64,000 nucleotides of DNA from positions 1 through 64,000 of IMG/VR virus record IMGVR_UViG_3300028549_000507, one strand, 5' to 3'. The notes under the pieces are model-generated. The model was given only the letters and a program-made list of their open reading frames with translations. It was not told the DNA's origin and searched no databases. The DNA is from a virus (Duplodnaviria; Caudoviricetes). Shown here piece after piece: positions 18,623 through 28,081 of this stretch (positions are counted from its first letter, which is position 1; each line of letters starts with the position of its first letter). The translations under genes and the position numbers were made by a program.

Positions 18623-20485
18623 ATGGGACTGATGCATGATAGCTTAGTTAGAACTACACTCGTAGACAATTCAATCGCCATCCCGACCCCAGATCCAATC
18701 CAGACCGGTTTTACATTCCTTCAGCCTTTCTTTGCAAAAAGAGGACGTCAGAATGAAATTATCCGTAAAGGTGGTATCGGGGCTTTTGAACGTGAGTACG
18801 GCAATGATGTCGACAACGTTACAAAGTATGGTCACGGTGGACTTATCGCTAAAGCAGTATTGCAGGGCGGTGGAATTGTTGACGCGTGTCGACTTATGCC
18901 AGATGATGCGACAAAATCTGGATTGGTCATTTCGCTTATTCTTGATGAAAATGGAACTGATCCAAAAATCACAATCCATGCAGGAGCCGTAGATTCAACA
19001 AAGACTACTGCGGTAAATCTTGTTAAAGATGATGCATTCAAACTCGTTGCGGCTGACACAACTACAGTTAAACGTTACCCGATTATCTTGCTTGAATCTA
19101 CAAGTACTGGTTCTTTTGGTAATTCATTTACTGCAAAACTTTCATTGGATACTACTAGAGATGGTAAAAATCCTGATGGAAGACGTTATGTTCTTGATCT
19201 TGCTGATGCTGGTAATAGAATCGGTGATAAATTTGAAGTAATTAGCTTCTCATTTAATCCTGATGCTAAAACAACTCCATCAAGTGAAGCACTTGATAGT
19301 TTTGACGTTGTGTTTGATTCGTACAAACGTGCATTCGGAATTCCTGTAGACGCTACTTATTCTCCTGAGAATTTTGAAGCACTTCTTACAGATCTCGAAA
19401 CAGATCATGAAACAGCAGTATATGAAGCAGTTGGAGCTACAGATGAAGAATCTTATGCTACTAAAAAATGGCTGCTTGACCCTATTACTGGTACAATTTT
19501 CGATGAAGAAAATGATTACACTGGATTTGATACTTTTGCACTTCCTACTGAACTTACGTTCTCTGGTGGAGATGATGCCGGGGTATTCGATAATGATGCG
19601 GAGGGACAGAAGCTCAGATCTGATCTTCTTGTAGACTTCTATGAAGGTAACATTGATAAAAATATCTATGATGCAAGAATAATCGATTGTGGTATTACTC
19701 TCGATGCATGGTGGCCTGCTGAAGTTAAAGCTGCTATGGTTGGAACATTCGGAAAAGAAGTTCGTGATGACATTTATGTTATCGCTGACCTTGGTCCTGA
19801 TGCGACTACTGCTGCAAGTGCAACAAGTGCTGCCGCGACTCTTATTGCCGGTGTATCTTCTACTTATGGAATGGTTTCTATCAATTATCATAATGGTAAA
19901 ACAAGAGATAGAGCTCGTAATATCAGAACTTCTGGTAACTATGAGATCGCGAAATCACTCCCTAAACTGTATAGAACTAGAGGAGCATTTACTGTTCATG
20001 CTGGATATCTTTCCGGTCGTGTTGAGTATATGGATTTCGAATACTTCCCTAAAATCTACAAAAACGATTCTGAGATCAAGCCTCTTAAGAAGCAGAAACT
20101 TAGATTCGCAATGCAGCTCGATAGAAGTGGAGACCTTTTCTATATGTCCGATTCTAGCCAGTATAATACAGATTTCTCAGTACTTGGTTCTGAAAGAAAT
20201 CTTATATTTGCCGGTGACGTTATGCGTACATTTAAGAAAGTTATGGCTAAGTATGCGTTCCATCCTGAGAATTTCGAAGGTGCAAAACGCGACGCAACTA
20301 CAGAACTTAATACAATACTTTCTACAAGTTGGTTCCCTGCGTCTATTCCTGTTTCGTTCGAAATCTTCCAAACTCGTAATGATAAAATTAATAAAACTGC
20401 GACTGTTGATGTCGGTATTACCTTCCCTGATGTCGTTGAGACTTGGAAAGTTACCATTACAGCCAACAGACAGCCTTTGGTTTAG
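18623..20485 (+). CDS. Tail sheath protein
   Basis: 620 aa; FFAKRG, SGGDDAG, ITLDAWWPAEVK and a C-terminal ATVDVGITF..VETWKVTI sheath pattern; followed by the tube gene. Confidence 0.8.
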   Translation: MGLMHDSLVRTTLVDNSIAIPTPDPIQTGFTFLQPFFAKRGRQNEIIRKGGIGAFEREYGNDVDNVTKYGHGGLIAKAVLQGGGIVDACRLMPDDATKSGLVISLILDENGTDPKITIHAGAVDSTKTTAVNLVKDDAFKLVAADTTTVKRYPIILLESTSTGSFGNSFTAKLSLDTTRDGKNPDGRRYVLDLADAGNRIGDKFEVISFSFNPDAKTTPSSEALDSFDVVFDSYKRAFGIPVDATYSPENFEALLTDLETDHETAVYEAVGATDEESYATKKWLLDPITGTIFDEENDYTGFDTFALPTELTFSGGDDAGVFDNDAEGQKLRSDLLVDFYEGNIDKNIYDARIIDCGITLDAWWPAEVKAAMVGTFGKEVRDDIYVIADLGPDATTAASATSAAATLIAGVSSTYGMVSINYHNGKTRDRARNIRTSGNYEIAKSLPKLYRTRGAFTVHAGYLSGRVEYMDFEYFPKIYKNDSEIKPLKKQKLRFAMQLDRSGDLFYMSDSSQYNTDFSVLGSERNLIFAGDVMRTFKKVMAKYAFHPENFEGAKRDATTELNTILSTSWFPASIPVSFEIFQTRNDKINKTATVDVGITFPDVVETWKVTITANRQPLV

Positions 20486-20495
20486 GAGATAACTA

Positions 20496-21551
20496 ATGAG
20501 TTCAGTAAAATTTGACAAAGCAAAAGATGGTAATACTACCGTCACTGGTATCTACGGAAACCAGAATAACGCTAAACTTAGAGGCTGGGAAAGTGGTACT
20601 ACTGGTGTTGGTGGAGATGTTCGAGTTCGCCTCGGTCATCAACAGGGCGTTCCGTCGCTCGACCATAACACAGTATCTATCGACGAACCATTGCGTCTTG
20701 GTCGATTTATTTGCGTATGGTTGAGACTTCCTACCTTTATTCACGCTGACGTACGTTCTTATTGGAACTACTTCTTCCAGGATAAAGTTCTTGAGTTTAA
20801 CGGCCTTGCAGATAATGAAATTGGAGTAATGTCTCGTACCTCTGGAGCGGTTGGTCGTCAGGATGAATATGCTGGTTTCTACAAAGAAAACAACAATAAA
20901 TTCCAGATCAAAGTTCCAGAAGTAAAAGGTTCTCCTGTTCGTAAATTGTGTAAATACTATGTCACAGGTCTTTCTGACTCTGTAACCGGTGTTGCACATT
21001 TCCACGGAAATGCAGACCTTCGTTTCAGTAAGATTAACTATGGCGGAGACTTCCTCTACGTTCTTCTTGGACCTACTATGCGTCCTGATGATATTGAATT
21101 TGCATGTGCATATTTCAATTGTTTCATGACAAAAGACTATATCGGTCATTTGAATAGTGGTGCTATTGGTGAACCTGGTGATGCGGGTCTTACTTTCGAT
21201 ATCGAATTCGCAGGTTACTATGTGCAGAATAATACAATCAACAAACTCGCAATGAAAATTGTTGAAGCTGTTGGACTGTATAAAGACTGTGTTGAAGACA
21301 TTGTTCTTCCTGCATATGTATATGAGTCATTCCTTAAAGATGGTAATGCTCCAAACCTTGCAGAAGCGTATGGTGTATATATCGATGCTAAACTCGCAAG
21401 AGCTAAAACTAGCGCAGATACAGCGGCACTTACTACTGGTCTTGGGGATTTCGTTACCGACTATGCTGTCGGAAACACTCCTCAGACTACAACTGTTCTT
21501 AGCGAAACAAATACCCCAAGTGGTCCAGACATCGTTGTTCCAACAGTTTAA
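20496..21551 (+). CDS. Tail tube protein
   Basis: Directly after the sheath, highly-expressed codon usage, beta-rich pattern ending FDIEFAG. Confidence 0.7.
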   Translation: MSSVKFDKAKDGNTTVTGIYGNQNNAKLRGWESGTTGVGGDVRVRLGHQQGVPSLDHNTVSIDEPLRLGRFICVWLRLPTFIHADVRSYWNYFFQDKVLEFNGLADNEIGVMSRTSGAVGRQDEYAGFYKENNNKFQIKVPEVKGSPVRKLCKYYVTGLSDSVTGVAHFHGNADLRFSKINYGGDFLYVLLGPTMRPDDIEFACAYFNCFMTKDYIGHLNSGAIGEPGDAGLTFDIEFAGYYVQNNTINKLAMKIVEAVGLYKDCVEDIVLPAYVYESFLKDGNAPNLAEAYGVYIDAKLARAKTSADTAALTTGLGDFVTDYAVGNTPQTTTVLSETNTPSGPDIVVPTV

Positions 21552-21569
21552 TACTCTATGTATTATAGA

Positions 21570-21598
21570 AGAAAGGTGGGGAAACCCACCTTTCTTTT
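21570..21598 (+). terminator. Intrinsic terminator after the tube gene
   Basis: GAAAGGTGGG-GAAA-CCCACCTTTC-TTTT. Confidence 0.9.
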
Positions 21599-21610
21599 AA
21601 TTTATCAATT

Positions 21611-21622
21611 AACATTTAAATG
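21611..21622 (+). promoter_or_regulatory. Late promoter AACA-N6-TG
   Basis: AACATTTAAATG. Confidence 0.7.
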
Positions 21623-21653
21623 AAAGTAAATAATTTATTATGTAGGGATAGTT

Positions 21654-22325
21654 ATGGAAGAAATCTCTGGAGTAACTTCTGATGTCAAATCGAATGATAA
21701 TATAGTTATCTCCTCAAAAGTTAGTGGAGATATAGTGCCGTTCTTTAAAGAACAAGATTTCATGCTAGACGATAAGACTTACATAAGTATGATTAAGAAT
21801 ATCGAGTGGCAAATACGTTCTAGTAAAGAATACAGTGCCTATATTAGATATTTAAAAGAGGATATAACTCCCCCTTTAAATCATTGTATGGTTTATAGTA
21901 ATATTACGGATGATCTTGCTCCTATAGAAATGCATCATGGTCCTATATTTACATTATTTGATTATGTAGAGATAGTTATGATATATCAATTCAAAAAGAA
22001 TATACCATTTTCATCATCTTACATATATCATCTCGTCATGGAAGAGCATCGATTGGGACATGTTCAAACTGTAATGTTATCTGAAGCAGTGCATAAAGCT
22101 ATACATAATACTAAAAAAGGATATGATGCTAAATTCTTAGATATAAAGATGGCTCATGGAGATATTTTAGGATTCCTTAATAGATATTACGAAGGATTAA
22201 CTCTAGGTCATATTGGTAAAATAGATAAATATCTTAAATCTTACGAGCAGAATGTTAGTGAAAAGAGTGATGGATTCTTTGAAGAATTTATAACGAAATG
22301 GTCAAAAGAAATTCTAGCTGTGTAA
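21654..22325 (+). CDS. HNH-like protein
   Basis: HCMV..IEMHHGP..VMLSEAVHKAIH pattern resembling a His-Me finger. Confidence 0.5.
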   Translation: MEEISGVTSDVKSNDNIVISSKVSGDIVPFFKEQDFMLDDKTYISMIKNIEWQIRSSKEYSAYIRYLKEDITPPLNHCMVYSNITDDLAPIEMHHGPIFTLFDYVEIVMIYQFKKNIPFSSSYIYHLVMEEHRLGHVQTVMLSEAVHKAIHNTKKGYDAKFLDIKMAHGDILGFLNRYYEGLTLGHIGKIDKYLKSYEQNVSEKSDGFFEEFITKWSKEILAV

Positions 22326-22340
22326 GTATAGGGGTTATAA

Positions 22341-24929
22341 ATGAGTATAGAAAATGAAATATTACTAAAAGGAGGAAAGGTTGTATTGGATAATCTACTA
22401 TCCTTTACAGATTCCTTAGTAATAAAGAATTCTCAGGAAGCCGAAATCGGTGAAACAAATAGATCCTTTGAACATTTTATGTTTTATAATAGATGTTTGG
22501 AAGGATTTACTAATTTTAGTGATCACGGTATCCCTGAAAGCGAGATTCCTACGGAATATATTGGTGTATCAATTGGGACATTAGATGAACTTACTGCTCG
22601 TGGTGATTGGAGATTAAATCTCATTGTAAAAAATCGTAGACAACAGTTTGTGAGAAATTATATAGATTTAAATAACTATTACGCAACCTTAACAGGTAAA
22701 CCGAGTTCCACATCTCAATATATTCCAGTTCCAAACTTAGATGGAACATATGTATTATATCTACATATGGTTAATATTCAAGATCACCCTAATACTTTTA
22801 AGAAGATTTTTGTAGATAATGAATTAGAAGTATATAAGAATAGGTATAATTTTGAATATCTTAAATTTATGAGATATAACCTAACTGTCAAGCAGGTTAG
22901 AGATTCAGAAAATTTTGATATACTTTGGTATAATGATTCTATATTAGATGATTATGATTTGAATTTATTCCTATCATCATATTATGAAATTAGATCATTT
23001 ATACTAGAAAATAAATACATTAAAAATCTGGAAGAGATATATGAGCACTACTCCAATTTTCAGGCTAGTGTTATCATATTTGGAACTCTTCAAAAGTTTT
23101 TCAATGGTATGATTGATAAGTTTGCTAAGAGAGTTTATACGGATAAAGAGATCTACGATATACTAGATTCTCACAATCTATCATCTCTTAAGAGGGTTAA
23201 TCTGCCTATTCTAAGAAGACTTGTTGAGAATATCGATGAGACTCTATCATATAGAGGAACTGAATATATCCTGAAACTTCTTCCGAATATTGTTGGAAAA
23301 GATTCGATGTTGAGTATAAAAAGGTACGATGTAGTCAAAACATTCAAAACCAACGTAACCAGCGTCGTATCTTTGGATAATATTGATGCTGATGGTAACC
23401 CTATCTCTTATTCAGATAACGTCGATTTATCATTTATCGATAGAAATATCGTTGAAAGTGATGGGTATAAATTTACTTCTATAAACAATAAACGATTTGT
23501 TCCATATGATGAATTCGTTTCATCTGATCCTACTTGGGGAGCAAATGGTTTATATGATTCAAATGTTGGTAAAAGTAATGCTATAAAGAAAATTAAGTAC
23601 GATCTGTTGAGGATGAATTTTGATAGATTGAGTACTAAGTATCTAAGTGTGGTTAATATTTTAAATGTTGACGATACTATGAAATCTATAGAATATAAAT
23701 TAGGTTTACTTATACAATATTATGGTGGATTTAGAAGTCTTACTTCATTTGAAATTGTAGATGGTGTTAAGTTTAAAACTTTAGATCTATTTATGATGGC
23801 TTCATATATAGTCAATCATATGAAGAAAATTGCATCAAAAGATATAATCGATTTAAACCTCTTCAGATATGAAGGGGTTATGAAATTGAATTATATAGAT
23901 AATTATATCGATTATGCTAAAACTTTAAAGTTTACACCTACGAATGTAGACAATTTTCATACAGAATATGTAACTTCAATAAACCCTGATACCGGAGATA
24001 TTGAGGAAATACCTATAGCAGTTAGAAATGTCGGATCAGTAGATCGTTCTCCGGTAAGTATTATGGAATACTTAACTGAAGAAGAGGTTTCTAAGTATGT
24101 ATATAGCTTCAATTCTTCGGAGTCTTTTGATTCTATAATGAACTCCTTTGTTAAAAATTATAAAATATTCAATAAGTTGCATGAGAAATCTATGGAATCT
24201 AATGAATATAATAAGGCGATGGCTTGGAAAACATTATATGAAAGTTTTAAAGTTGATATAGATAACGCATTTGATATAGAATGTTTTACATATTCGGAAT
24301 ATTTTAGTAAAGATCCCGAAATGAAGAATATATTTGATAGCATATCAACATTATCTGATGATGGTTTGAATAGTGCATTCCTCAAATACTTTAGAAACTT
24401 TAGAAGATCTGTATCTGAATTGGTTCATGAAGATGAAAATCTAATAGATTACGAATATAATTCAGTGATAGGATTAGATTTAAGACTCATGGTTGAAGCA
24501 TTTGTTTCGATATACCTAGAACTCAGAGATGTTAGTATCGTTCTCAATATGGGAGATTACCCCAATAATATCTACCAACTCATGGATAGATATCGTATAA
24601 ATTTCTCATTTAAGATGAATGATTATTATAACATTCGCGAAGATTGTATAATAAAAGTATTCTTAAAGCTATCAGATACTTTTGAAATAACTCAAAAATA
24701 CGATTTAAACATAACTATGGATGAGTTTGAAGATTACATTATCAAGGATGATAAAGTTACTATTAAAGCAATAATTAATCCGGATGAAATGTATAGTATC
24801 GAGGATTACTTTGAGATTCAAGAAGAATCCGATATAGATGATTCATATTCTATTGGTGAAGCATTAACAATTCATCCGTATGTATATGAAATCGATCAAA
24901 ATGGTATTAAAATTAAAAAATTTCTATAA
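22341..24929 (+). CDS. Virion structural protein, baseplate wedge-like
   Basis: NNYYATLTGKP and LSYRGTEYILK (the xKGT motif of gp7/gpI-like wedges); tail-module context. Confidence 0.5.
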   Translation: MSIENEILLKGGKVVLDNLLSFTDSLVIKNSQEAEIGETNRSFEHFMFYNRCLEGFTNFSDHGIPESEIPTEYIGVSIGTLDELTARGDWRLNLIVKNRRQQFVRNYIDLNNYYATLTGKPSSTSQYIPVPNLDGTYVLYLHMVNIQDHPNTFKKIFVDNELEVYKNRYNFEYLKFMRYNLTVKQVRDSENFDILWYNDSILDDYDLNLFLSSYYEIRSFILENKYIKNLEEIYEHYSNFQASVIIFGTLQKFFNGMIDKFAKRVYTDKEIYDILDSHNLSSLKRVNLPILRRLVENIDETLSYRGTEYILKLLPNIVGKDSMLSIKRYDVVKTFKTNVTSVVSLDNIDADGNPISYSDNVDLSFIDRNIVESDGYKFTSINNKRFVPYDEFVSSDPTWGANGLYDSNVGKSNAIKKIKYDLLRMNFDRLSTKYLSVVNILNVDDTMKSIEYKLGLLIQYYGGFRSLTSFEIVDGVKFKTLDLFMMASYIVNHMKKIASKDIIDLNLFRYEGVMKLNYIDNYIDYAKTLKFTPTNVDNFHTEYVTSINPDTGDIEEIPIAVRNVGSVDRSPVSIMEYLTEEEVSKYVYSFNSSESFDSIMNSFVKNYKIFNKLHEKSMESNEYNKAMAWKTLYESFKVDIDNAFDIECFTYSEYFSKDPEMKNIFDSISTLSDDGLNSAFLKYFRNFRRSVSELVHEDENLIDYEYNSVIGLDLRLMVEAFVSIYLELRDVSIVLNMGDYPNNIYQLMDRYRINFSFKMNDYYNIREDCIIKVFLKLSDTFEITQKYDLNITMDEFEDYIIKDDKVTIKAIINPDEMYSIEDYFEIQEESDIDDSYSIGEALTIHPYVYEIDQNGIKIKKFL

Positions 24930-24946
24930 ACGATTTGGAGAATTAA

Positions 24947-25792
24947 ATGAATAAAATCGAAGATAAGTACGGTATTCATTCCGACGTTAAAATTTACGAC
25001 TTGAATGGCACTCTTTTGCAACATAAAAAAAATATTGTTGCACTTGGCGGACGTATTGCTCTTGAAAACATCTTCAAAAGATCTACAAGCGTTGGAGCAT
25101 ATCATAAGACTATTCGCGAGCTTCTCATAATGCAGAAAGCATCAGAATATACAACTGCTACAGATTTTGAAGTTCTTGAAACCCCAGATACACAGGTTAT
25201 TGGAGACTATTTTGATAGATCTATCAAATACTTCTGTATTGGTAATGGTGGTATTGAAAATACAACTACTGTACAGATGGCTAAACCGAAACCTCATGAG
25301 ACAAGACTTTATAACTTTGTTCCATTCCGATGCGTTACGGTTGCTTCTGGCGGACTTCCTGCGGGAGAAGTAGATCGTTATGCATTGAAATGTAAAGAGA
25401 AGATTGATGGCGTTGACTATTATACTTACTACTTCAAGAAATTTGAAGATTCTACAAATAACAATATTAAAGTTGTCAAATCGGATGGGGTTGATTATGA
25501 GCCTGAATATTCTGATAGTGATTTCAATAATGTTGGTATGCGTAATGAGTATATCCATTCATTCTATGAGATTTCTCTGAATATCGATGCCGTTGATTTT
25601 AAAGAGTGGTATAAAGCCAAACATGATAGCCAACTTACAGATGCATTCACTACGGAATTCGGTCTTGTTATTGGTAATAATGTTGGTAACACTGTTAAAA
25701 ATGCCGAGCTGTTCTCTAAGCTTGTACATTCGCCAATCAATCTCAATCTTGAGAATAATGGTGCAATGATCGTTTATACAGTGTATTCTTAA
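24947..25792 (+). CDS. Virion structural protein (baseplate/fibre attachment-like)
   Basis: NIVALGG..YFCIGNGG..TEFGLVIG..ELFSKL pattern; tail-module context. Confidence 0.45.
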   Translation: MNKIEDKYGIHSDVKIYDLNGTLLQHKKNIVALGGRIALENIFKRSTSVGAYHKTIRELLIMQKASEYTTATDFEVLETPDTQVIGDYFDRSIKYFCIGNGGIENTTTVQMAKPKPHETRLYNFVPFRCVTVASGGLPAGEVDRYALKCKEKIDGVDYYTYYFKKFEDSTNNNIKVVKSDGVDYEPEYSDSDFNNVGMRNEYIHSFYEISLNIDAVDFKEWYKAKHDSQLTDAFTTEFGLVIGNNVGNTVKNAELFSKLVHSPINLNLENNGAMIVYTVYS

Positions 25793-25798
25793 TCTATA

Positions 25799-25837
25799 AA
25801 TTTATATAGGGCGGTCTTTCGGCCCCCTATATAAATT
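25799..25837. other. Long intergenic hairpin immediately before the SD of the RNAP gene
   Basis: AATTTATATAGGG/CCCTATATAAATT (13 bp) plus an inner GGTC-TTTC-GGCC stem; no T-tract. Confidence 0.8.
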
Positions 25838-25847
25838 AGGAGGAACT

Positions 25848-27071
25848 ATGATTATTGATTCTAATGATCTATCTTTTAAAGATATTGTTGAGATATTAAA
25901 CAAAGAGACTATTACAGCAGACGATTTTCTTACCTTCTGTAAAAATAAGTCTGTAGACGATCCTAAGGGCGGATTTAAAGTTATCAAATCCAAATGGCAT
26001 ATACATAGCGTTATTCCACTTATGCCTAAGGATGTTTCGAATCTTGATACACAAGTTGAGACTACTATAGGTAGAGCACTTGCTAATAGAGTATTAAAGA
26101 TTGATATATTTGGTGATAAGTTTCCATACCTAAATGCACCTTTGAATATCAATGAATTCATCGACGAAGTTACAAAAGAAGCACTGATTGGTACAGTTAC
26201 TACCGCTCAAGTTATTCAATTATTGAATTCTGCAATATGGTTGATGAGATTTTTGGATATGACTATTCCATCATTATCTAAAGTCGCACTACAGATGCCT
26301 GCTTCTGCTAGAAAGCTCAGAGACGACCTAACTGAGAAATATAAGGCTTACATTGAAACTGGCGATATTCGCTATGTAAAAGATGTAGAGGGTCCTGTAC
26401 TTCAAGAAGTTATAAATGTGCTTTCTAAAGATCCAAGTTGGATGTTATACCATGTAGGTAAACCAGACCAAGGAAACCATTTGAAACAGACTGTCGGCAC
26501 ATTCTCACCAATTTTCAATCCTGGAACTGGTAAGTATGATATTCCAAGTGGTAACCTTCAGAGCGGACATAATCCTAACCTATATGATGCCATGGCTAAT
26601 ATGAATATCGTTGGTTCATATAAGCGAGCGGTTCAGACTCAAGATGGTGGTACAATCGTTAAGAAATTGTATGGCTGTATGAATCCTATTAAAGCTGGAC
26701 CTGATGGTTCTGATTGTAAGACTACATTGTATAAAGATGTATTTCTTTCAAAGGATAACTTGAAGTATTATCTTTGGAATTATTTCATTGATAATGGTAA
26801 GATTATGCTTCTAACTCCTAAAATTGCTAAAGATTTTATGAATAGAAAAATGCAATTTAGGTCGGCATTGTATTGTAAATATCCTTCCCCATTTGAGATC
26901 TGTAACAAGTGTGCAGGAGAGATTCCTTATAAGACTAACCTTAGAAGTATTGGTAGTACGACTGCTCGTATTGGGTTTAACTTTGTACAATTGAGTATGA
27001 AGGCATTCCATAACTCGACAATCCAATTGACTGATACTGACCCGTTCAAGTATATGAAGTTGTCTAAATAA
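25848..27071 (+). CDS. rpoC: Multisubunit RNA polymerase beta-prime middle fragment (probably virion RNAP)
   Basis: Bridge helix AVQTQDGGTIVKKL (cf. TADSGYLTRRL), Zn site CK..FRSALYC..ICNKCAG, trigger loop VQLSMKAFH; ends just after the trigger loop. Confidence 0.85.
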   Translation: MIIDSNDLSFKDIVEILNKETITADDFLTFCKNKSVDDPKGGFKVIKSKWHIHSVIPLMPKDVSNLDTQVETTIGRALANRVLKIDIFGDKFPYLNAPLNINEFIDEVTKEALIGTVTTAQVIQLLNSAIWLMRFLDMTIPSLSKVALQMPASARKLRDDLTEKYKAYIETGDIRYVKDVEGPVLQEVINVLSKDPSWMLYHVGKPDQGNHLKQTVGTFSPIFNPGTGKYDIPSGNLQSGHNPNLYDAMANMNIVGSYKRAVQTQDGGTIVKKLYGCMNPIKAGPDGSDCKTTLYKDVFLSKDNLKYYLWNYFIDNGKIMLLTPKIAKDFMNRKMQFRSALYCKYPSPFEICNKCAGEIPYKTNLRSIGSTTARIGFNFVQLSMKAFHNSTIQLTDTDPFKYMKLSK

Positions 27072-27107
27072 AAAAAAAGAAGGAAGCGTAATGCTTCCTT
27101 CTTTTTT
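27070..27107. terminator. Bidirectional terminator, family T2
   Basis: A-tract-GAAGGAAGC-GTAAT-GCTTCCTTC-T-tract. Confidence 0.85.
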
Positions 27108-27108
27108 C

Positions 27109-27369
27109 CTAACATTCAATTCCGTACGTTAGGAAGTACTGCATTTCGTGAAAGCTTCTCATAGCTTTCACTACTGATGGAATAGTTGAGACATACGTTT
27201 CAACGATATCCCATGATCCTGTTACTGGGTCGTGAAACATATCGGCCAGGCAGATGATATCATCTGAATTCTGGGGGTAGTTCCCAGAATACATCGTGGT
27301 GTGATTTTCAGATGACGTGGCTGTAACGAAATTTGAAAAGTCAGAATTGGTTTCGATAGTTCTTTTCAT
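27109..27369 (-). CDS. 86-aa cassette ORF with hairpin-dense coding sequence
   Basis: GGATCTATT-ATG start, family-C leader, stop next to a terminator. Confidence 0.7.
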   Translation of the reverse strand: MKRTIETNSDFSNFVTATSSENHTTMYSGNYPQNSDDIICLADMFHDPVTGSWDIVETYVSTIPSVVKAMRSFHEMQYFLTYGIEC

Positions 27370-27488
27370 AATAGATCCAATCCGGGCGTATTGTTCGCCC
27401 TATAATATAATTAATAGAAGGTAAGTTAACACTCGTTACTTCCTTCTTTGTTCACTATTAAATATACACATCAATAATCGTTTATTAC
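27370..27488 (-). promoter_or_regulatory. Early promoter plus family-C two-hairpin leader
   Basis: TATATTTAATAGT at 27454-27466; 57/58 nt identical to 54150-54207. Confidence 0.85.
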
Positions 27489-27519
27489 AAAAAAAAAGAG
27501 GTGACTAATGTCACCTCCC
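27489..27519 (-). terminator. Intrinsic terminator
   Basis: GAGGTGAC-ATTA-GTCACCTC plus T-tract. Confidence 0.85.
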
Positions 27520-27523
27520 ATTT

Positions 27524-27931
27524 TTATCGTATAGCTTTAAGACACTCTTCAAACCGCCCAAATCGACGATAGCGATATTCGGTTTGTCTTGCGGTCATTT
27601 CTACAATATGACCATTGATATTAACTTCGATTGATTCGTCTTCTTTGAGATCTTCAATCAAACATAATGGTATACGATTAAGTGCCAACTCACTCTTTTC
27701 AGGATCGGCTCTAAGTCTTTTAGGGATACCATGATCTCCCCAGTTCTCACTGGTATCTCCTGAACCATCTTTACTGTTTGTTATCCAAATCTGGACAACC
27801 GTTTCATCGCCATAGATACCCAATTTTTCACCATTACTTCCATACCATTTTGGTAGAACTGCGAATGATGATGCCTTAGCTGCTTTGTTTGGGATGATAA
27901 AGAATTCTGCTTTTACGACTACTTTACTCAT
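27524..27931 (-). CDS. 135-aa cassette ORF, hypothetical
   Basis: Start moved to MSKVV (GGACTTATT-ATG); the track start falls inside the CTATGGTAC box. Confidence 0.7.
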   Translation of the reverse strand: MSKVVVKAEFFIIPNKAAKASSFAVLPKWYGSNGEKLGIYGDETVVQIWITNSKDGSGDTSENWGDHGIPKRLRADPEKSELALNRIPLCLIEDLKEDESIEVNINGHIVEMTARQTEYRYRRFGRFEECLKAIR

Positions 27932-28040
27932 AATAAGTCCGTTCCTAGTACTCTTGAGTACCATAGAAAAATGTTATAAGATATAGATCAGTCAATCTAT
28001 TCTAGTATTAAATATATAATCTATAATTCATTTAAAAAAT
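27932..28040 (-). promoter_or_regulatory. Early promoter plus family-B hairpin leader plus CTATGGTAC box
   Basis: TATATTTAATACT at 28004-28016; ATAGAT/ATCTAT stem; near-identical to 29331-29420 and 43213-43265. Confidence 0.85.
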
Positions 28041-28071
28041 AAAAAAAAAGAGGAAGCACAATGCTTCCTCC
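28041..28071 (-). terminator. Terminator, family T2
   Basis: GAGGAAGCA-TTG-TGCTTCCTC plus T-tract. Confidence 0.85.
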
Positions 28072-28081
28072 TAAAAATTGA

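Noticed and set aside
19689-20492. 267-aa alternative-frame ORF inside the sheath gene, plus similar same-strand ORFs in the capsid, tube and terminase genes
   Set aside because: Leu/Met-rich shadow of strong T-ending codon bias; no SD and no slippery site seen
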